Counted from the first letter of the whole stretch, positions 10,086-21,011 are shown. The stretch is DNA of 62,361 nucleotides, filler included, from 4 parts of 4 records of this genome joined end to end with filler, not necessarily neighbours in it, one strand, 5' to 3'. Notes: generated by a model from the sequence alone, not told the origin. Made by a program: numbers and translations.

Positions 10086-10112
10086 GGGACTCATTTATTG
10101 AGTCCCTTTTTT
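10086..10112 (+). terminator. Intrinsic terminator
   Basis: GGGACTCA-loop-TGAGTCCC followed by T6. Confidence 0.8.
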
Positions 10113-10232
10113 GTGTCCCTACTTTCCCAATCGCGATTCTTTACTGATTTCGCTCATTAACACATTTCAACCTGTTTCTTTGACCTACGATATGTAAAAA
10201 CTAAAATTTTAGGGTTATACTTGGGAAACGGA

Positions 10233-13200
10233 ATGAAAGAAGTTGTACTCGGTTTTGGAATTTTTCTATTTGCATTACTAAGCGCGTGTAATCAATATCC
10301 ACAAGACCTGTCGATTTCAGAACCTGAAAACCAGTCGTTTATACTTCAAAACAAAGAAGGTGAACAAATTAAAACTGGACAACCCTACTCATTTGTGGGT
10401 AGTTTGATTCCAGATTCGAATGTTTCCATCACTTCTACCACACTAACAAGTCTTCATACTTTTCCAGAACCTCTCCTTAAATCTTACCTTCATCCAAAAA
10501 GCAAAACACTATCCTTCAGTACAAAACCGAGAGAAATTCGGTTTGGAAAAGGAAACTTCGACCCTATAACGACTATTAAAATTGGGACTCCGAAAAAAAT
10601 CCACATTGACCCAATAATTTCTCAAGCACTCCCCTTTCAAAATGAGATTCATGAAAAATTGAGTTATAAAACATTGGGCGTTTCTCAAGGACTAAAATCT
10701 ACATTTGTTTCTTCCGTTTTTCAAGACAGTCGGGGTTATTTTTGGCTCGGAAGCAGACGTGGACTCACCAAATATGATTCGTACTCTTTTCAATATTATC
10801 CCTTTGTTCGCGATGGTCAACGCAAAGAAATTAGTGCCATAAACGAGGACAAAAAAGGAAATATTTGGTTGTCATTTGGTTCGTTAGGCGGACTTGTGAA
10901 GTTTGATGGAAAAGATTTTTATGAATACACCGAAGGCGCTGGTCTATCTATTGGAGAAGATTATTTAGGCATCATTCACTGTGATAAAAAAGGAAATATT
11001 TGGCTGAAGTCTGAAACAAAAATCATTCGCTTCGATGGCAAGACATTTACGTGTTTTCCCTATCAATTTCAGAACCTTAAAAACCTAAACATTATCATTC
11101 GCGAGAATGCACAAGGAAATTTTTGGCTGAGTGCACTTGGTGGCGTTTGTCAGATTAGCGGCAACACAATGAATTACTATCCCATCGAGGGAAGAGGTGA
11201 AAACAACCTTTGTCACCCAATTATGGAAGATGACCGAGGACTCATTATTGCCACTGGAACCAGCATTGCTCTGCTCAAGAACAATTCACTTTCAATTTTT
11301 CCTTCCTCTTTTATCCGTGATCACGAAATTAGGAATGCGCTAAGCATTGGGAATGATTTTATTCTTGCCGCAGAAGACAAGCACAATGCAATTTGCTCCC
11401 TTCAAGATGATGTTTTGACCGTTATAGCCGAAAATGCTCCTTTGTTTACGGGTGCCGAACCGCTCTTCGTTGATAGATTTAACACAATTTGGTTCAACGC
11501 CTCCAGCTCGGGAGTTCAAGTATACAATCCACAGGGATTCAATCACTTTAAGTTTGAGGCGCTCAATAAAGGAGGTCATATTTCCGCTCTCATTGAAGAT
11601 CGTAATGGAAATACGTGGTTTGGTTCACACGGTTTTGGGCTGTACAAATTTGATGGTGAAAATCACTCCTATTACTCGCTAGGGGAGAATAAATCCGGCA
11701 TTGCAATTCGATCACTTCTTGAAGATCGCCAGGGAAATATTTGGGCTGGAACAGTACATGAAGGACTTTTTAAAATTGAAAATGCGCAAAGTAATCAGCC
11801 AACGGTAACACAATACAACTGCTTTCCAGACAGTTCATTCAGCGTGTTCTCTCTTACAGAAGATCTTAAAGGAAACATTTGGATAGGAACAAGAACCAGA
11901 GGAATCCTCAAATTCGACGGAAAGAACTTCACGCAGTATGCTGTCCCGCAAAAAGACCCAATTAATAGTGCCAACAACATTCGTACGCTCATCACCGATC
12001 GAAAAGGAACTATTTGGGCGGGAGCTCAAGATGGAGGAGTTCGCAAATTTGACGGCAAAAAATGGACGTGGTATTCTGAGAAAGAAGGATTGAGCAGTAA
12101 TCACGTTGTTTCATTATTGGAAGACTCAAAAGGAATCATTTGGATAGGAACCACGGATCAGGGCGTCGATAAATTTGATGGTAAAACGTTTACGAATATT
12201 TCTGTTGAAGATGGTTTAACGAGTAACGCCATCTGGACGATCACCGAAGATGCTGATCAGAACATCTGGCTCGGAGCTGACATTTGCTTAAATGTTCTTT
12301 TGCAAAAAAGCGGATCAACAGAAGTAAAAGTAAAAACGTACTGCAATTTGGATGGTTTGGAAGGGGCTGAGTTCTATGCAAACGCAACGATGTTGGACCG
12401 CAATAACAAATTGTGGTGGGGAACTGATCAAATGGCCGTAATGACTCCGAATCCAGGAAGTTTAGCCAACAAGGGAGATGCGCTTATTTCATTAGAAGAA
12501 ATCAATGTCGTAAATAATCGCGTTGATTTTAAGCAACTCAAAGACTCCATTGCACAAGGGAAAACGTGGAAAATCAACGCTGAGCAACATATCGATCTGA
12601 GTACACTTATTTTTGATGACGTAGCACCATTTGCAAACTATCCAATTCATTTGCGTGTTCCTGCACAACTCAATGATTTGACCTTTGTTTTTTCCGTGAG
12701 TGAAACCGTTGATCCTTCAAACATCGAGTTCAGTTATTTCATGGAAGGCATCGATAAAGACTGGAGTCTCCCAACGCGTGTGAATAGAATCGATTATCGC
12801 AGTCTGAAGGCTGGAAAATATACCTTAAAGGCGCGCGTTTCGGAAATCAAAGGTCTTTGGAGCGAACCATACGAATACTCATTTATTGTACTTCCATATT
12901 GGTGGCAAACATGGTGGGCAAATTGTATCTGGTTTGCACTCTTCGTTCTGTTGATTCTCTCCGGATATCATCTACTCACCATTCGGAAAAGAGAAAAGGA
13001 AGACGCTCAACGCATTAAAGAAATGGAGGCTATGAAAAGTAGACTTTACTCTAATATTACACATGAATTCAGAACACCGCTGACGCTCATTATGGGAATG
13101 AATGATCAAATTTCGAATCATGAAAAAGAAACGACAATCATTAAACGAAACAGTGAAAAACTCCTTCTCCAAGTAAATCAACTCTTGGATGCCGCAAAAT

Positions 13201-14567
13201 TTGAATCTGGGAATTTGCAATTATCGCTAGTTCAAAGCGACATAGTTCATTATTTGCGCTTCCTTACTGAGTCATTTTACGTACTTGCAACTGACAAAAA
13301 CATCCAACTCACCTTTTATTCAGAAGAAGATGAACTCTTCATGGATTACGATGAAGAAAAAATTCAGGCCGTCGTTTACAATTTACTGTCGAACGCGATT
13401 AAGTTTACACCAAACGATGGAGCCATCATTTTTCACGTTTCCGTTTTAAGCGAAAAAAAGCAACCTCTTCTCCGACTGAAGGTGAAGGATACAGGCGTTG
13501 GAATTTCAGAAAGTGACCTCCCAAAAATCTTCGAGCGGTTCTATCAGGCAACAAATAAAACAAAGATTGGTGAAGGAACAGGAATTGGTTTATCGCTAAC
13601 AAGGGATTTAATTCATTTGATGGACGGAGAAATAGCTGTGGAAAGCGAAATCACCAAAGGAAGTGAATTTATCGTCACTTTGCCCATTCGTACGAATGCA
13701 GAAAAAGTGAGTCAAAAAGAATTCGCTCAGCCAATCGGAATGATTGGAAAAGGAACTGAATCGATGACCCTCGAAGGCAACGACCCAAGCGAGAAAGATG
13801 ACAAAAAGCACGTGTTGATTGTGGAAGACAATCCAGAAATTGCTCAATTCCTTGCTGAAATCCTTCGTTCTACTTATGTAATTCACATTGCTGAAAATGG
13901 AAAATTGGGCTTGGAAAAAGCAATAGAACTCATTCCCGACGCCATTATTAGCGACATCACCATGCCTGAAATGGATGGTTTCGAACTCTGTGAAACGGTG
14001 AAAAAAGACCAACGTACGAGCCACATTCCCATCATTCTTCTGACCGCAAAAACCACTCAAAGTGATCGCATTGATGGATTAAAACTTGGCGCCGATGCTT
14101 ACCTCACAAAACCTTTCAACCGTGAAGAATTAGAAGTCCGCTTGGAAAAACTCATTGAGCTTCGTAAGAAATTACAGAAATATTATGCCGCACTGCTTGC
14201 ACAAACGGCTCCAACTCAAGATCACCTTCGTGGCAATGAAATTAATCCTACGGAAGAATCTTTTCTCCAAAAACTCATTGAAATAGCTGAAGAGCATTAC
14301 GCGGATTCAGAGTTTGGTGTGCCGGAATTGGCAACCCACATGAACGTAAGTCAAATGCAAGTCTATCGAAAACTCAAAGCGCTTACGGATAAAACACCTT
14401 CCCAATTTATACGTTCCATTCGGTTACAAAAAGCGATGGAATTAATCACTCAGGGTGAATTAACCATTTCAGAAATTGCGTATTCCGTCGGTTTTTCTGA
14501 TCCAAATTACTTTTCGAAGACATTTCACAAAAAATTTGGCAATCCACCGATTCACTTTCGCAAATAA
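10233..14567 (+). CDS. Hybrid two-component sensor-regulator (beta-propeller sensor, HisKA, HATPase, REC, AraC HTH)
   Basis: Repeated EDxxGNIWxG blades, TM after PYWWQTWW, NITHEFRTPLT, NLLSNAIKFT, GTGIGL, SDITMPEMDG, IAYSVGFSDPNYFS; lipobox-like LLSAC. Confidence 0.95.
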   Translation: MKEVVLGFGIFLFALLSACNQYPQDLSISEPENQSFILQNKEGEQIKTGQPYSFVGSLIPDSNVSITSTTLTSLHTFPEPLLKSYLHPKSKTLSFSTKPREIRFGKGNFDPITTIKIGTPKKIHIDPIISQALPFQNEIHEKLSYKTLGVSQGLKSTFVSSVFQDSRGYFWLGSRRGLTKYDSYSFQYYPFVRDGQRKEISAINEDKKGNIWLSFGSLGGLVKFDGKDFYEYTEGAGLSIGEDYLGIIHCDKKGNIWLKSETKIIRFDGKTFTCFPYQFQNLKNLNIIIRENAQGNFWLSALGGVCQISGNTMNYYPIEGRGENNLCHPIMEDDRGLIIATGTSIALLKNNSLSIFPSSFIRDHEIRNALSIGNDFILAAEDKHNAICSLQDDVLTVIAENAPLFTGAEPLFVDRFNTIWFNASSSGVQVYNPQGFNHFKFEALNKGGHISALIEDRNGNTWFGSHGFGLYKFDGENHSYYSLGENKSGIAIRSLLEDRQGNIWAGTVHEGLFKIENAQSNQPTVTQYNCFPDSSFSVFSLTEDLKGNIWIGTRTRGILKFDGKNFTQYAVPQKDPINSANNIRTLITDRKGTIWAGAQDGGVRKFDGKKWTWYSEKEGLSSNHVVSLLEDSKGIIWIGTTDQGVDKFDGKTFTNISVEDGLTSNAIWTITEDADQNIWLGADICLNVLLQKSGSTEVKVKTYCNLDGLEGAEFYANATMLDRNNKLWWGTDQMAVMTPNPGSLANKGDALISLEEINVVNNRVDFKQLKDSIAQGKTWKINAEQHIDLSTLIFDDVAPFANYPIHLRVPAQLNDLTFVFSVSETVDPSNIEFSYFMEGIDKDWSLPTRVNRIDYRSLKAGKYTLKARVSEIKGLWSEPYEYSFIVLPYWWQTWWANCIWFALFVLLILSGYHLLTIRKREKEDAQRIKEMEAMKSRLYSNITHEFRTPLTLIMGMNDQISNHEKETTIIKRNSEKLLLQVNQLLDAAKFESGNLQLSLVQSDIVHYLRFLTESFYVLATDKNIQLTFYSEEDELFMDYDEEKIQAVVYNLLSNAIKFTPNDGAIIFHVSVLSEKKQPLLRLKVKDTGVGISESDLPKIFERFYQATNKTKIGEGTGIGLSLTRDLIHLMDGEIAVESEITKGSEFIVTLPIRTNAEKVSQKEFAQPIGMIGKGTESMTLEGNDPSEKDDKKHVLIVEDNPEIAQFLAEILRSTYVIHIAENGKLGLEKAIELIPDAIISDITMPEMDGFELCETVKKDQRTSHIPIILLTAKTTQSDRIDGLKLGADAYLTKPFNREELEVRLEKLIELRKKLQKYYAALLAQTAPTQDHLRGNEINPTEESFLQKLIEIAEEHYADSEFGVPELATHMNVSQMQVYRKLKALTDKTPSQFIRSIRLQKAMELITQGELTISEIAYSVGFSDPNYFSKTFHKKFGNPPIHFRK

Positions 14568-14605
14568 CTCACAAACAGTTTTTTAGAAGTTATTCTACAC
14601 TCGTT

Positions 14606-14673
14606 TTGTAAAATAATTCCAGCCATTTTTTGCTCTTTGTAAACAACGTCCTACAGATTGTAAAATAGCTACA
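14606..14673 (+). promoter_or_regulatory. Candidate HTCS/AraC operator direct repeats
   Basis: TTGTAAAATA (14606), TTGTAAACAA (14637), TTGTAAAATA (14658); spacings 31 and 21 bp. Confidence 0.55.
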
Positions 14674-14759
14674 GGACATTCGTTCCTCATGCTATCATCT
14701 TTGCAATAACACTTCGATAATCCATTTAGAAAATCGAATGTGAATAAATAATGTAACAG

Positions 14760-15134
14760 ATGAAAAAAATAACACGGCTCATTAATACTCACAGTTATCG
14801 CCTAGTTGCGACCTGTCTATTTGTGCTGGGATTTACATTTCTGTCTTTGAGTCAAAACAATGTTTGGATCTATGACTCTGCCGACAATGCTACAAAAAGC
14901 GTAAAGATCATTGAGCGCGGAGCCGGTGTATCGGAAGTCTCTCTTCTTCTAAAAAAAGACCATGGTTGGCAAAAATGTACCATTGTTTCCATCGACATTA
15001 TTCAAGAATATATAAAAGTACAGCTGACCTCCACTAAAGAAATTTATGAGTTGTTCATTGATTGGAGCAATGACAAAATCGTTGTAATGGATTCAAAAAA
15101 TCATAAAAAAAGCTATTGGCTTAGAAAAGCATAA
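14760..15134 (+). CDS. Small secreted protein, paralog 1
   Basis: Signal peptide; EYIKV..IYELFIDW..YWLRK shared with the next two ORFs. Confidence 0.75.
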   Translation: MKKITRLINTHSYRLVATCLFVLGFTFLSLSQNNVWIYDSADNATKSVKIIERGAGVSEVSLLLKKDHGWQKCTIVSIDIIQEYIKVQLTSTKEIYELFIDWSNDKIVVMDSKNHKKSYWLRKA

Positions 15135-15157
15135 ATCTTAAACCAAAATCTAATAAA

Positions 15158-15514
15158 ATGAAATGCACACTAAAAATAACCGGGTTCCTCCTATTCTTCC
15201 TCGCCTTGAGCGCATTCAATCAAAGTTACGCCCAAACAACTATTTGGAAGTTTGATGCCGCAACCAACGACGGAGGAATGGTTCAAATTACCTCCAACGG
15301 AGATGGCGAAGTAACAAAAGTTCAACTTGGAAAAAAAGGAGATGCCGCCTGGACGGAAACGACCATTCAACATGTTGACGATTACCATGAATACATTCGT
15401 GTAAAATCCGCACAAACGGGTCGTGTTTATGAACTAAACGTTGATTGGTACGGAGGAAAACTCGTAAAAACGCTTCCAGAAGGAACAGAACACACCTTTT
15501 GGCTTCGCAAGTAA
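15158..15514 (+). CDS. Small secreted protein, paralog 2
   Basis: Signal peptide (AQ); WKFDAA, EYIRVKS..GRVYELNVDW, FWLRK. Confidence 0.8.
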   Translation: MKCTLKITGFLLFFLALSAFNQSYAQTTIWKFDAATNDGGMVQITSNGDGEVTKVQLGKKGDAAWTETTIQHVDDYHEYIRVKSAQTGRVYELNVDWYGGKLVKTLPEGTEHTFWLRK

Positions 15515-15538
15515 ATAACCATCTAACATTTAAACATT

Positions 15539-15895
15539 ATGAGATCATTAAAATTAACAGGACTATTAATGCTATTACTCACACTAAATTCATTCAATCA
15601 AAGCATTGCACAAACAACAACATGGCGCTTTGATGCGGCCAATAACAGCGGATATACCGTGAGAATTACAGCCAGTGGAGAAAATCACTCTATTTCGAAA
15701 GTAGAATTAGGAAAAGTGGGGTCTAATTGGGTAGCCGCAGCTATTCAAGAAATGGACGACTACGAAGAATACATTCGGATCAAATCTGGTTCTACTGGCC
15801 GTATTTATGAATTATATGTCAACTGGGAAACAGGGAAGCTTACGCAAGTGAACCCAGAAGGAACAAAAGAAGTTTATTGGCTCAAAAAGTCATAA
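15539..15895 (+). CDS. Small secreted protein, paralog 3
   Basis: Signal peptide (AQ); WRFDAA, EYIRIKS..GRIYELYVNW, YWLKK. Confidence 0.8.
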   Translation: MRSLKLTGLLMLLLTLNSFNQSIAQTTTWRFDAANNSGYTVRITASGENHSISKVELGKVGSNWVAAAIQEMDDYEEYIRIKSGSTGRIYELYVNWETGKLTQVNPEGTKEVYWLKKS

Positions 15896-15911
15896 ACAAT
15901 TTCAAGCTAGA

Positions 15912-15954
15912 TGGAAATAGGGAGGATTAAACCCGTGATCACTCTCTATTTCCA
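15912..15954 (+). terminator. Hairpin after the paralog triplet
   Basis: TGGAAATAGGGAG...CTCTCTATTTCCA inverted repeat; no clear U-tract. Confidence 0.45.
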
Positions 15955-16023
15955 CTCTAGATTCTATCCTCTTTATTATCCCCATGACGATAAATCATTA
16001 AATGGTTATTAAAAACCAACTTT

Positions 16024-16671
16024 ATGAAAATAACAATTACACATACGATTCTCGCCATTTTAGCCCTTACTTTAATGACCACAACGGCAAATGCACAGTG
16101 CTATTCTTGCGGATACCAAAACGACTGGAAGAAAAGTTCAAAAAAACTCAGAAAACCACTGAAAAGCATAGCTCCAACCGCCAAGAAAGTAAAATGGTAC
16201 TCGTGCGAATCAGGATTTATTTTTGGGATTCAAGACTTCGGAGATTCAACTAAAACATACATTTTTTCTGAGGAGAAAACATGGTTAGGAACCGAAACAC
16301 GCTCTGTTGTTCAGGTTACAAAATACATCGACACAGAAATTTACACTGATGAACAGGAAGAAATCGTTACTTGTCCGAGTCCAAACATACTGCCAAAAAC
16401 GCTTTGGCCATTGGTAGCAAATGTATTTCAGTTAGACGATTTGAACACCCTAACTACCGAAGACGGGGCTCCTTTTTGGGTATGCGATCTTTTCAAAGTA
16501 GAGTTTCCAGAGAATCACGTTGTCTCTATCCATGAAGGTACAACTACCCTATACGTTGTCAGTATGGATCACATTCTAAGTTTTTACGACGGTTCCGAAG
16601 AAATTAGCTTTGATAATCCCCTTGAGATGTCAACGCTTTATCTCGAGCCTGAATTTATCTATACCGAGTGA
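16024..16671 (+). CDS. Secreted hypothetical protein
   Basis: Signal peptide ending ANAQ, followed by CYSC. Confidence 0.7.
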   Translation: MKITITHTILAILALTLMTTTANAQCYSCGYQNDWKKSSKKLRKPLKSIAPTAKKVKWYSCESGFIFGIQDFGDSTKTYIFSEEKTWLGTETRSVVQVTKYIDTEIYTDEQEEIVTCPSPNILPKTLWPLVANVFQLDDLNTLTTEDGAPFWVCDLFKVEFPENHVVSIHEGTTTLYVVSMDHILSFYDGSEEISFDNPLEMSTLYLEPEFIYTE

Positions 16672-16896
16672 ATTAACAAGCCCTAGATTACAGTCGAAAG
16701 AGTACACTACAAAAAGAATAATGCCAACCACCATCACGCTGATTAGATCAGGTGAAGAAAGCCCGTCGGAAATTTATTTCGGCGGGCTTATCCATTGAAA
16801 AAACCTCAAGTTTCTTGGATTGATTACATCTAAAGCACTCCAACACATCCCTCTCCGCCTCAAACTTTTATCTTTAGCGAAAACTTTACTTCTTTC

Positions 16897-18846
16897 ATGG
16901 TAAGAATGATCATTGCACTGTTTCTGTTTTTCCCTGTGTTTTCATGGGGTCAAATTTCCCAGTTTGATGTAAGTAGTTCAAAAATTTCCCTTCCTATCAC
17001 TACCACGTTAGGTTCGGATCAGGTGCTTAAACTTGGTTCTTCTTTGCTCTCCACGCGAGGAAATGATTATGTCGCTCCAAAAAACAACCTCGCTAACTAT
17101 TTTCAAAGCGCAATAACATTCGAAGAAAAACTTAACCATCCAGAACGGGTTTTTAAACTAAAAATAGACCTTTTCTATTGGTACACCATCACTCAAGAAG
17201 ATGAAAAAGCACTTCAGCTTGGTAGTGAATTAGAGGTGCTTTGCAAAAAATATGAAATAGAAGACGAGAAGTATTTCGTGATGGCTTTGTTCGATCTCTA
17301 TAAAAAATTGGAGCTTTTTGAAGGTATGCTCGGGCTTGTTCCCGAACTCCATCGCATGAACGATTTGTACGGAGGTGTGCGAAATCCTAATTATTCCATC
17401 GAATTTGATCTAGCAACGATTCAATACAGCATTGGAAATTACGAGGAAGCCATTAAAGGTTATTTATTTCAATCGGCTATTTTTAGTAAAAAAGGCGACC
17501 AACTATTCAAGGCGAGCATGTACAATAATGTTGGGTTATGTTATCGTTCACTCAACAATCGAGTGAAAGCCGAAGAATACTTCAAACTTGCCATCAAAGA
17601 ACTAAAAATGCCCTCAGAATTGGTCGGAGAAATTAAAGAATCCATTTATCTCGATTACTTTGAAGACATCATTCGCGCCAACTTGGGTGAACTCGAGATT
17701 CAAAAAGGAAACTATGCTGCCGCTATTTCAGGCTATAAGAAAGAACTCTCTTGGAGAGGAAAAATAGACGAAAAAAGCACCTACATAAACGCTTACTTCA
17801 ACCTTGCCAACACCTATTACTTGATCGGTGAATACGGTCAATCGCTTCGTTATCTAGACAGTGTATTTACAGATGTTGGCAGAGTACAAACGACAAAAAC
17901 ACACATTAAAGTACTCGAACTTAGAGGCAAGTTAGCGCTTGCACAGAATAATCAACTCGCTGCGGATGCTTATTTTAGGCGAAAAAACGAAATGTCGGAC
18001 TCGCTCCTGCAGCTAGGAATTAGTCGACGGCACCTTTTGGCCACCGCTCGGTTCAAAACAGAAGAAAAAGAAAAGCAAATCAATGTTCTGAAAGAGGAAG
18101 TTAGCGTCGCTGAAAGGATCAAACGTTACCAACTCATTGCCATTGTTCTTATTGCTGCTATTCTGGTTTTACTCACCTACTTTTATCTTCGAATTGTCAA
18201 ACATCGAAAGCAACTTTCTCAGCAAAAATCACTTTTAGAAACTTCTCTGAAGGAAAAAGAAGTTCTTCTCAAAGAGGTACATCATCGCGTAAAAAACAAC
18301 CTTCAAGTGGTTTCGGGAATTCTACAGCTTCAATCTACCAAGCTCACGGACAGTTTAGCTTTGCGTGTTTTTGAAGAGTCTCAACAGCACATTCAAAGCA
18401 TGGCGTTAGTTCACCAAATGCTGTACAAGGACAATGAAAACAGCGTTATTAATGTCCAAGACTACTTAGAAAAACTCGTTTTAGCGTCGTTGGAGTCTCA
18501 TTCAGAAACGCATGTTGAAACAACGTTAGAAATTACAATTCATGGAGATCTACACTTAGACAAAGTAATTCCACTTGGGTTAATCGTAAGTGAGTTAATT
18601 ATCAACTCATTAAAACATGCTTTCAAAGAAACTTCTGGGGAAATTAAGCTGACTTTACGAAAGAATGATTCGTCATTGTTCGAATTTATCTATACCGACA
18701 ACGGATGTGGTTTTACAGATGACGTTTCTACCTCATCCAACAACTCAATGGGATTAAAATTAGTTCGTATGTTAGCCGAAGAAATGCAAGGGGACATAAC
18801 TATCTCTGGAAAAAACAGCTTTAAATGTGTATTGATCTTTCCATAA
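16897..18846 (+). CDS. TPR-containing sensor histidine kinase (HisKA_2 type)
   Basis: TPR helices, TM, EVHHRVKNNLQ, ELIINSLKHAF, DNGCG, SMGLKLV. Confidence 0.93.
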   Translation: MVRMIIALFLFFPVFSWGQISQFDVSSSKISLPITTTLGSDQVLKLGSSLLSTRGNDYVAPKNNLANYFQSAITFEEKLNHPERVFKLKIDLFYWYTITQEDEKALQLGSELEVLCKKYEIEDEKYFVMALFDLYKKLELFEGMLGLVPELHRMNDLYGGVRNPNYSIEFDLATIQYSIGNYEEAIKGYLFQSAIFSKKGDQLFKASMYNNVGLCYRSLNNRVKAEEYFKLAIKELKMPSELVGEIKESIYLDYFEDIIRANLGELEIQKGNYAAAISGYKKELSWRGKIDEKSTYINAYFNLANTYYLIGEYGQSLRYLDSVFTDVGRVQTTKTHIKVLELRGKLALAQNNQLAADAYFRRKNEMSDSLLQLGISRRHLLATARFKTEEKEKQINVLKEEVSVAERIKRYQLIAIVLIAAILVLLTYFYLRIVKHRKQLSQQKSLLETSLKEKEVLLKEVHHRVKNNLQVVSGILQLQSTKLTDSLALRVFEESQQHIQSMALVHQMLYKDNENSVINVQDYLEKLVLASLESHSETHVETTLEITIHGDLHLDKVIPLGLIVSELIINSLKHAFKETSGEIKLTLRKNDSSLFEFIYTDNGCGFTDDVSTSSNNSMGLKLVRMLAEEMQGDITISGKNSFKCVLIFP

Positions 18847-18858
18847 ACATTAACTAAA

Positions 18859-19578
18859 ATGAGTCAGAAAGTATACGTCGTTGAGGACATGGCCGTGACA
18901 CGAGCTTCCATTATTTCCACCCTTGAACAAAATGACATTCAAGTACTGGGAAGCGCAGCGAGTGCTGAAATTGCTTGGAACGAAATTCAAGAATTAGCTG
19001 TTGATCTCGTCTTGATAGATATCAATCTTGCAGGAGAAAAAGATGGATTGTGGCTTGCTTCGCAAATAAAAGCCTCCCTTCCAATTGGCATTCTCTTTCT
19101 TACGGCGTACGGTGATCGAGATACGCTTGAAAAAATTAAACATGCCAATGCCGATGGCTATATTCAAAAACCGTTCAAAGCTCCTACATTGATCGCGAAT
19201 ATTGGAATTGTCATTCAGAATCTTGCTACAAGAAATTCAACCATTGAACCTCCCAAGCAAAGCGAAATCATCGTAAAAAGCGGAGGAAAACAAGTGTTTA
19301 TTCATCCTTCAGATATAAAATTCATTCGCTCCGATGGTAATTACTTAGAAATTATCTGCTCAAAAAAGCGCGAGATTACACGCATGAAAATCGGAGATCT
19401 TCTACAAGAACTTCCGGAAGGACAATTTATTCAGGCGCATCGGAGGTATGTGGTAAATGTCGGAAAGATAAACGCCGCAAATACAAATACGATCTGGATT
19501 GGCGAAGAAAAAATTCCAATTTCCGAGTCGTATAAAAAGCACGTTCAGGAGATTTTAAATCAAGCAAAAATACGCTAG
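18859..19578 (+). CDS. LytTR family response regulator
   Basis: REC (LIDINL, FLTAY, YIQKPF) plus LytTR (SDGNY, FIQAHRRYVVN, IPISESYK). Confidence 0.93.
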   Translation: MSQKVYVVEDMAVTRASIISTLEQNDIQVLGSAASAEIAWNEIQELAVDLVLIDINLAGEKDGLWLASQIKASLPIGILFLTAYGDRDTLEKIKHANADGYIQKPFKAPTLIANIGIVIQNLATRNSTIEPPKQSEIIVKSGGKQVFIHPSDIKFIRSDGNYLEIICSKKREITRMKIGDLLQELPEGQFIQAHRRYVVNVGKINAANTNTIWIGEEKIPISESYKKHVQEILNQAKIR

Positions 19579-19682
19579 AGCTCATACTTCACTAAAATCA
19601 TGTGATCCATCACATTGATTTGTTCGTAGAAAGCTGAATTGTTACTTTTATAACGCAAATAACTGTAAATCAAACAATTCAC

Positions 19683-20768
19683 ATGAAATTCATTTCCCTA
19701 GCACTGATTTTTGTGGGCTCGCTTTATGCACAACTGCTTCAGGCTCAATGTGCACCATACACAAACTCCACTTCTACGGCATACGCTTCCAACAATGGTC
19801 AACGTGGTTGTATGTTTAACATCAACGCCACCAATACCATCACAATTACCTGTTTCGATGCCAACTTGTACGCTGGTACAACTGCGAACTACGAGATTTA
19901 CTATCGCACAGGAACTTTTATTGGAAATGAGAGTAATGCTGGTGCTTGGACATTGGTAGGAACAACAACAGGGCTAACTTCCGCTGGAAACAATCTTCCA
20001 ACACCTATTCCAATTCCTGTAAACATAACAATCCCCGCCGGTCAGACTTACGGCTTTTACATAACAAACGATTTCGGAGGAGGGACAAGTTATACAGACG
20101 GAGTAGGAAACTCAACAGTTCTTGCGACTGATCCTAATTTTTCTCTAACTGGAGGAGTTGGAAAATCATATCCCTTTGGACTCACGTTCAATTTTAGAGA
20201 TTTTAATGGAACAGTTCACTACATTCTAGGAACACCACTTCCTGTTGAACTTTCTTCTTTCTGGGTTACTCCACAAAATAATCAAGCACGACTAAACTGG
20301 CAAACAGCTTCCGAAATAGACAACGATTTTTTCACTATTGAACGATCTTCGGACGGAAACTCTTGGCAAGAATTATCACGTGTGAATGGAGTTGGAAATT
20401 CTTCTGTTACACACTCATATTCATACATCGATGAGCAACCCTTGGCCGGAACGAGTTACTACCGATTGGTTCAAACAGATATTGACGGTGAAACGTCTAT
20501 TTCTCAAGTACGATCATTTGTTTTAAAAACGGACTATTCGGAGGATTTCGTTGTTTATCCAAATCCATCAGTAGATTTCATTACAGTGCCTGGAAGCGGA
20601 GATGATTTAAGCGAAGTAAGCGCTTATGATTTACTCGGAAGAAAAATCGCTTGTGAGATTCCACAATTGATCCTCTCAGATGGAATTAGGCTAGATATTT
20701 CAAGAGTTCCAACAGGACCATTCATTTTAAAATCTGGAAACAGATCCTGCATAGTTTTCAAAAAGTAG
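19683..20768 (+). CDS. T9SS-secreted protein
   Basis: Signal peptide, LPVELSSF Ig-like domain, VYPNPS C-terminal domain. Confidence 0.85.
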   Translation: MKFISLALIFVGSLYAQLLQAQCAPYTNSTSTAYASNNGQRGCMFNINATNTITITCFDANLYAGTTANYEIYYRTGTFIGNESNAGAWTLVGTTTGLTSAGNNLPTPIPIPVNITIPAGQTYGFYITNDFGGGTSYTDGVGNSTVLATDPNFSLTGGVGKSYPFGLTFNFRDFNGTVHYILGTPLPVELSSFWVTPQNNQARLNWQTASEIDNDFFTIERSSDGNSWQELSRVNGVGNSSVTHSYSYIDEQPLAGTSYYRLVQTDIDGETSISQVRSFVLKTDYSEDFVVYPNPSVDFITVPGSGDDLSEVSAYDLLGRKIACEIPQLILSDGIRLDISRVPTGPFILKSGNRSCIVFKK

Positions 20769-20808
20769 TTTAGATTATTAGATGTATCAAAGTCACAATA
20801 TGCAGGGA

Positions 20809-20838
20809 GTCCCGTCTATTAATTAGATGGGATTTTTT
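20809..20838 (+). terminator. Intrinsic terminator
   Basis: GTCCCGTCTA...TAGATGGGAT followed by a T-tract. Confidence 0.7.
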
Positions 20839-21011
20839 CGTTTTAGTCACTAACCTCATCTAAATCGGTAATTTTGTCAGCTTTACTTTACTCGAAAGCC
20901 TAGTTTAATGACTTTTTGTCTGTTAAATTGAGTTGGTATATAACTTGAGAAAGAAGAAACAGAACCGAATAGGGTTTAAACAAATTAAAAAAACAATTAA
21001 AAAGAAACAAT

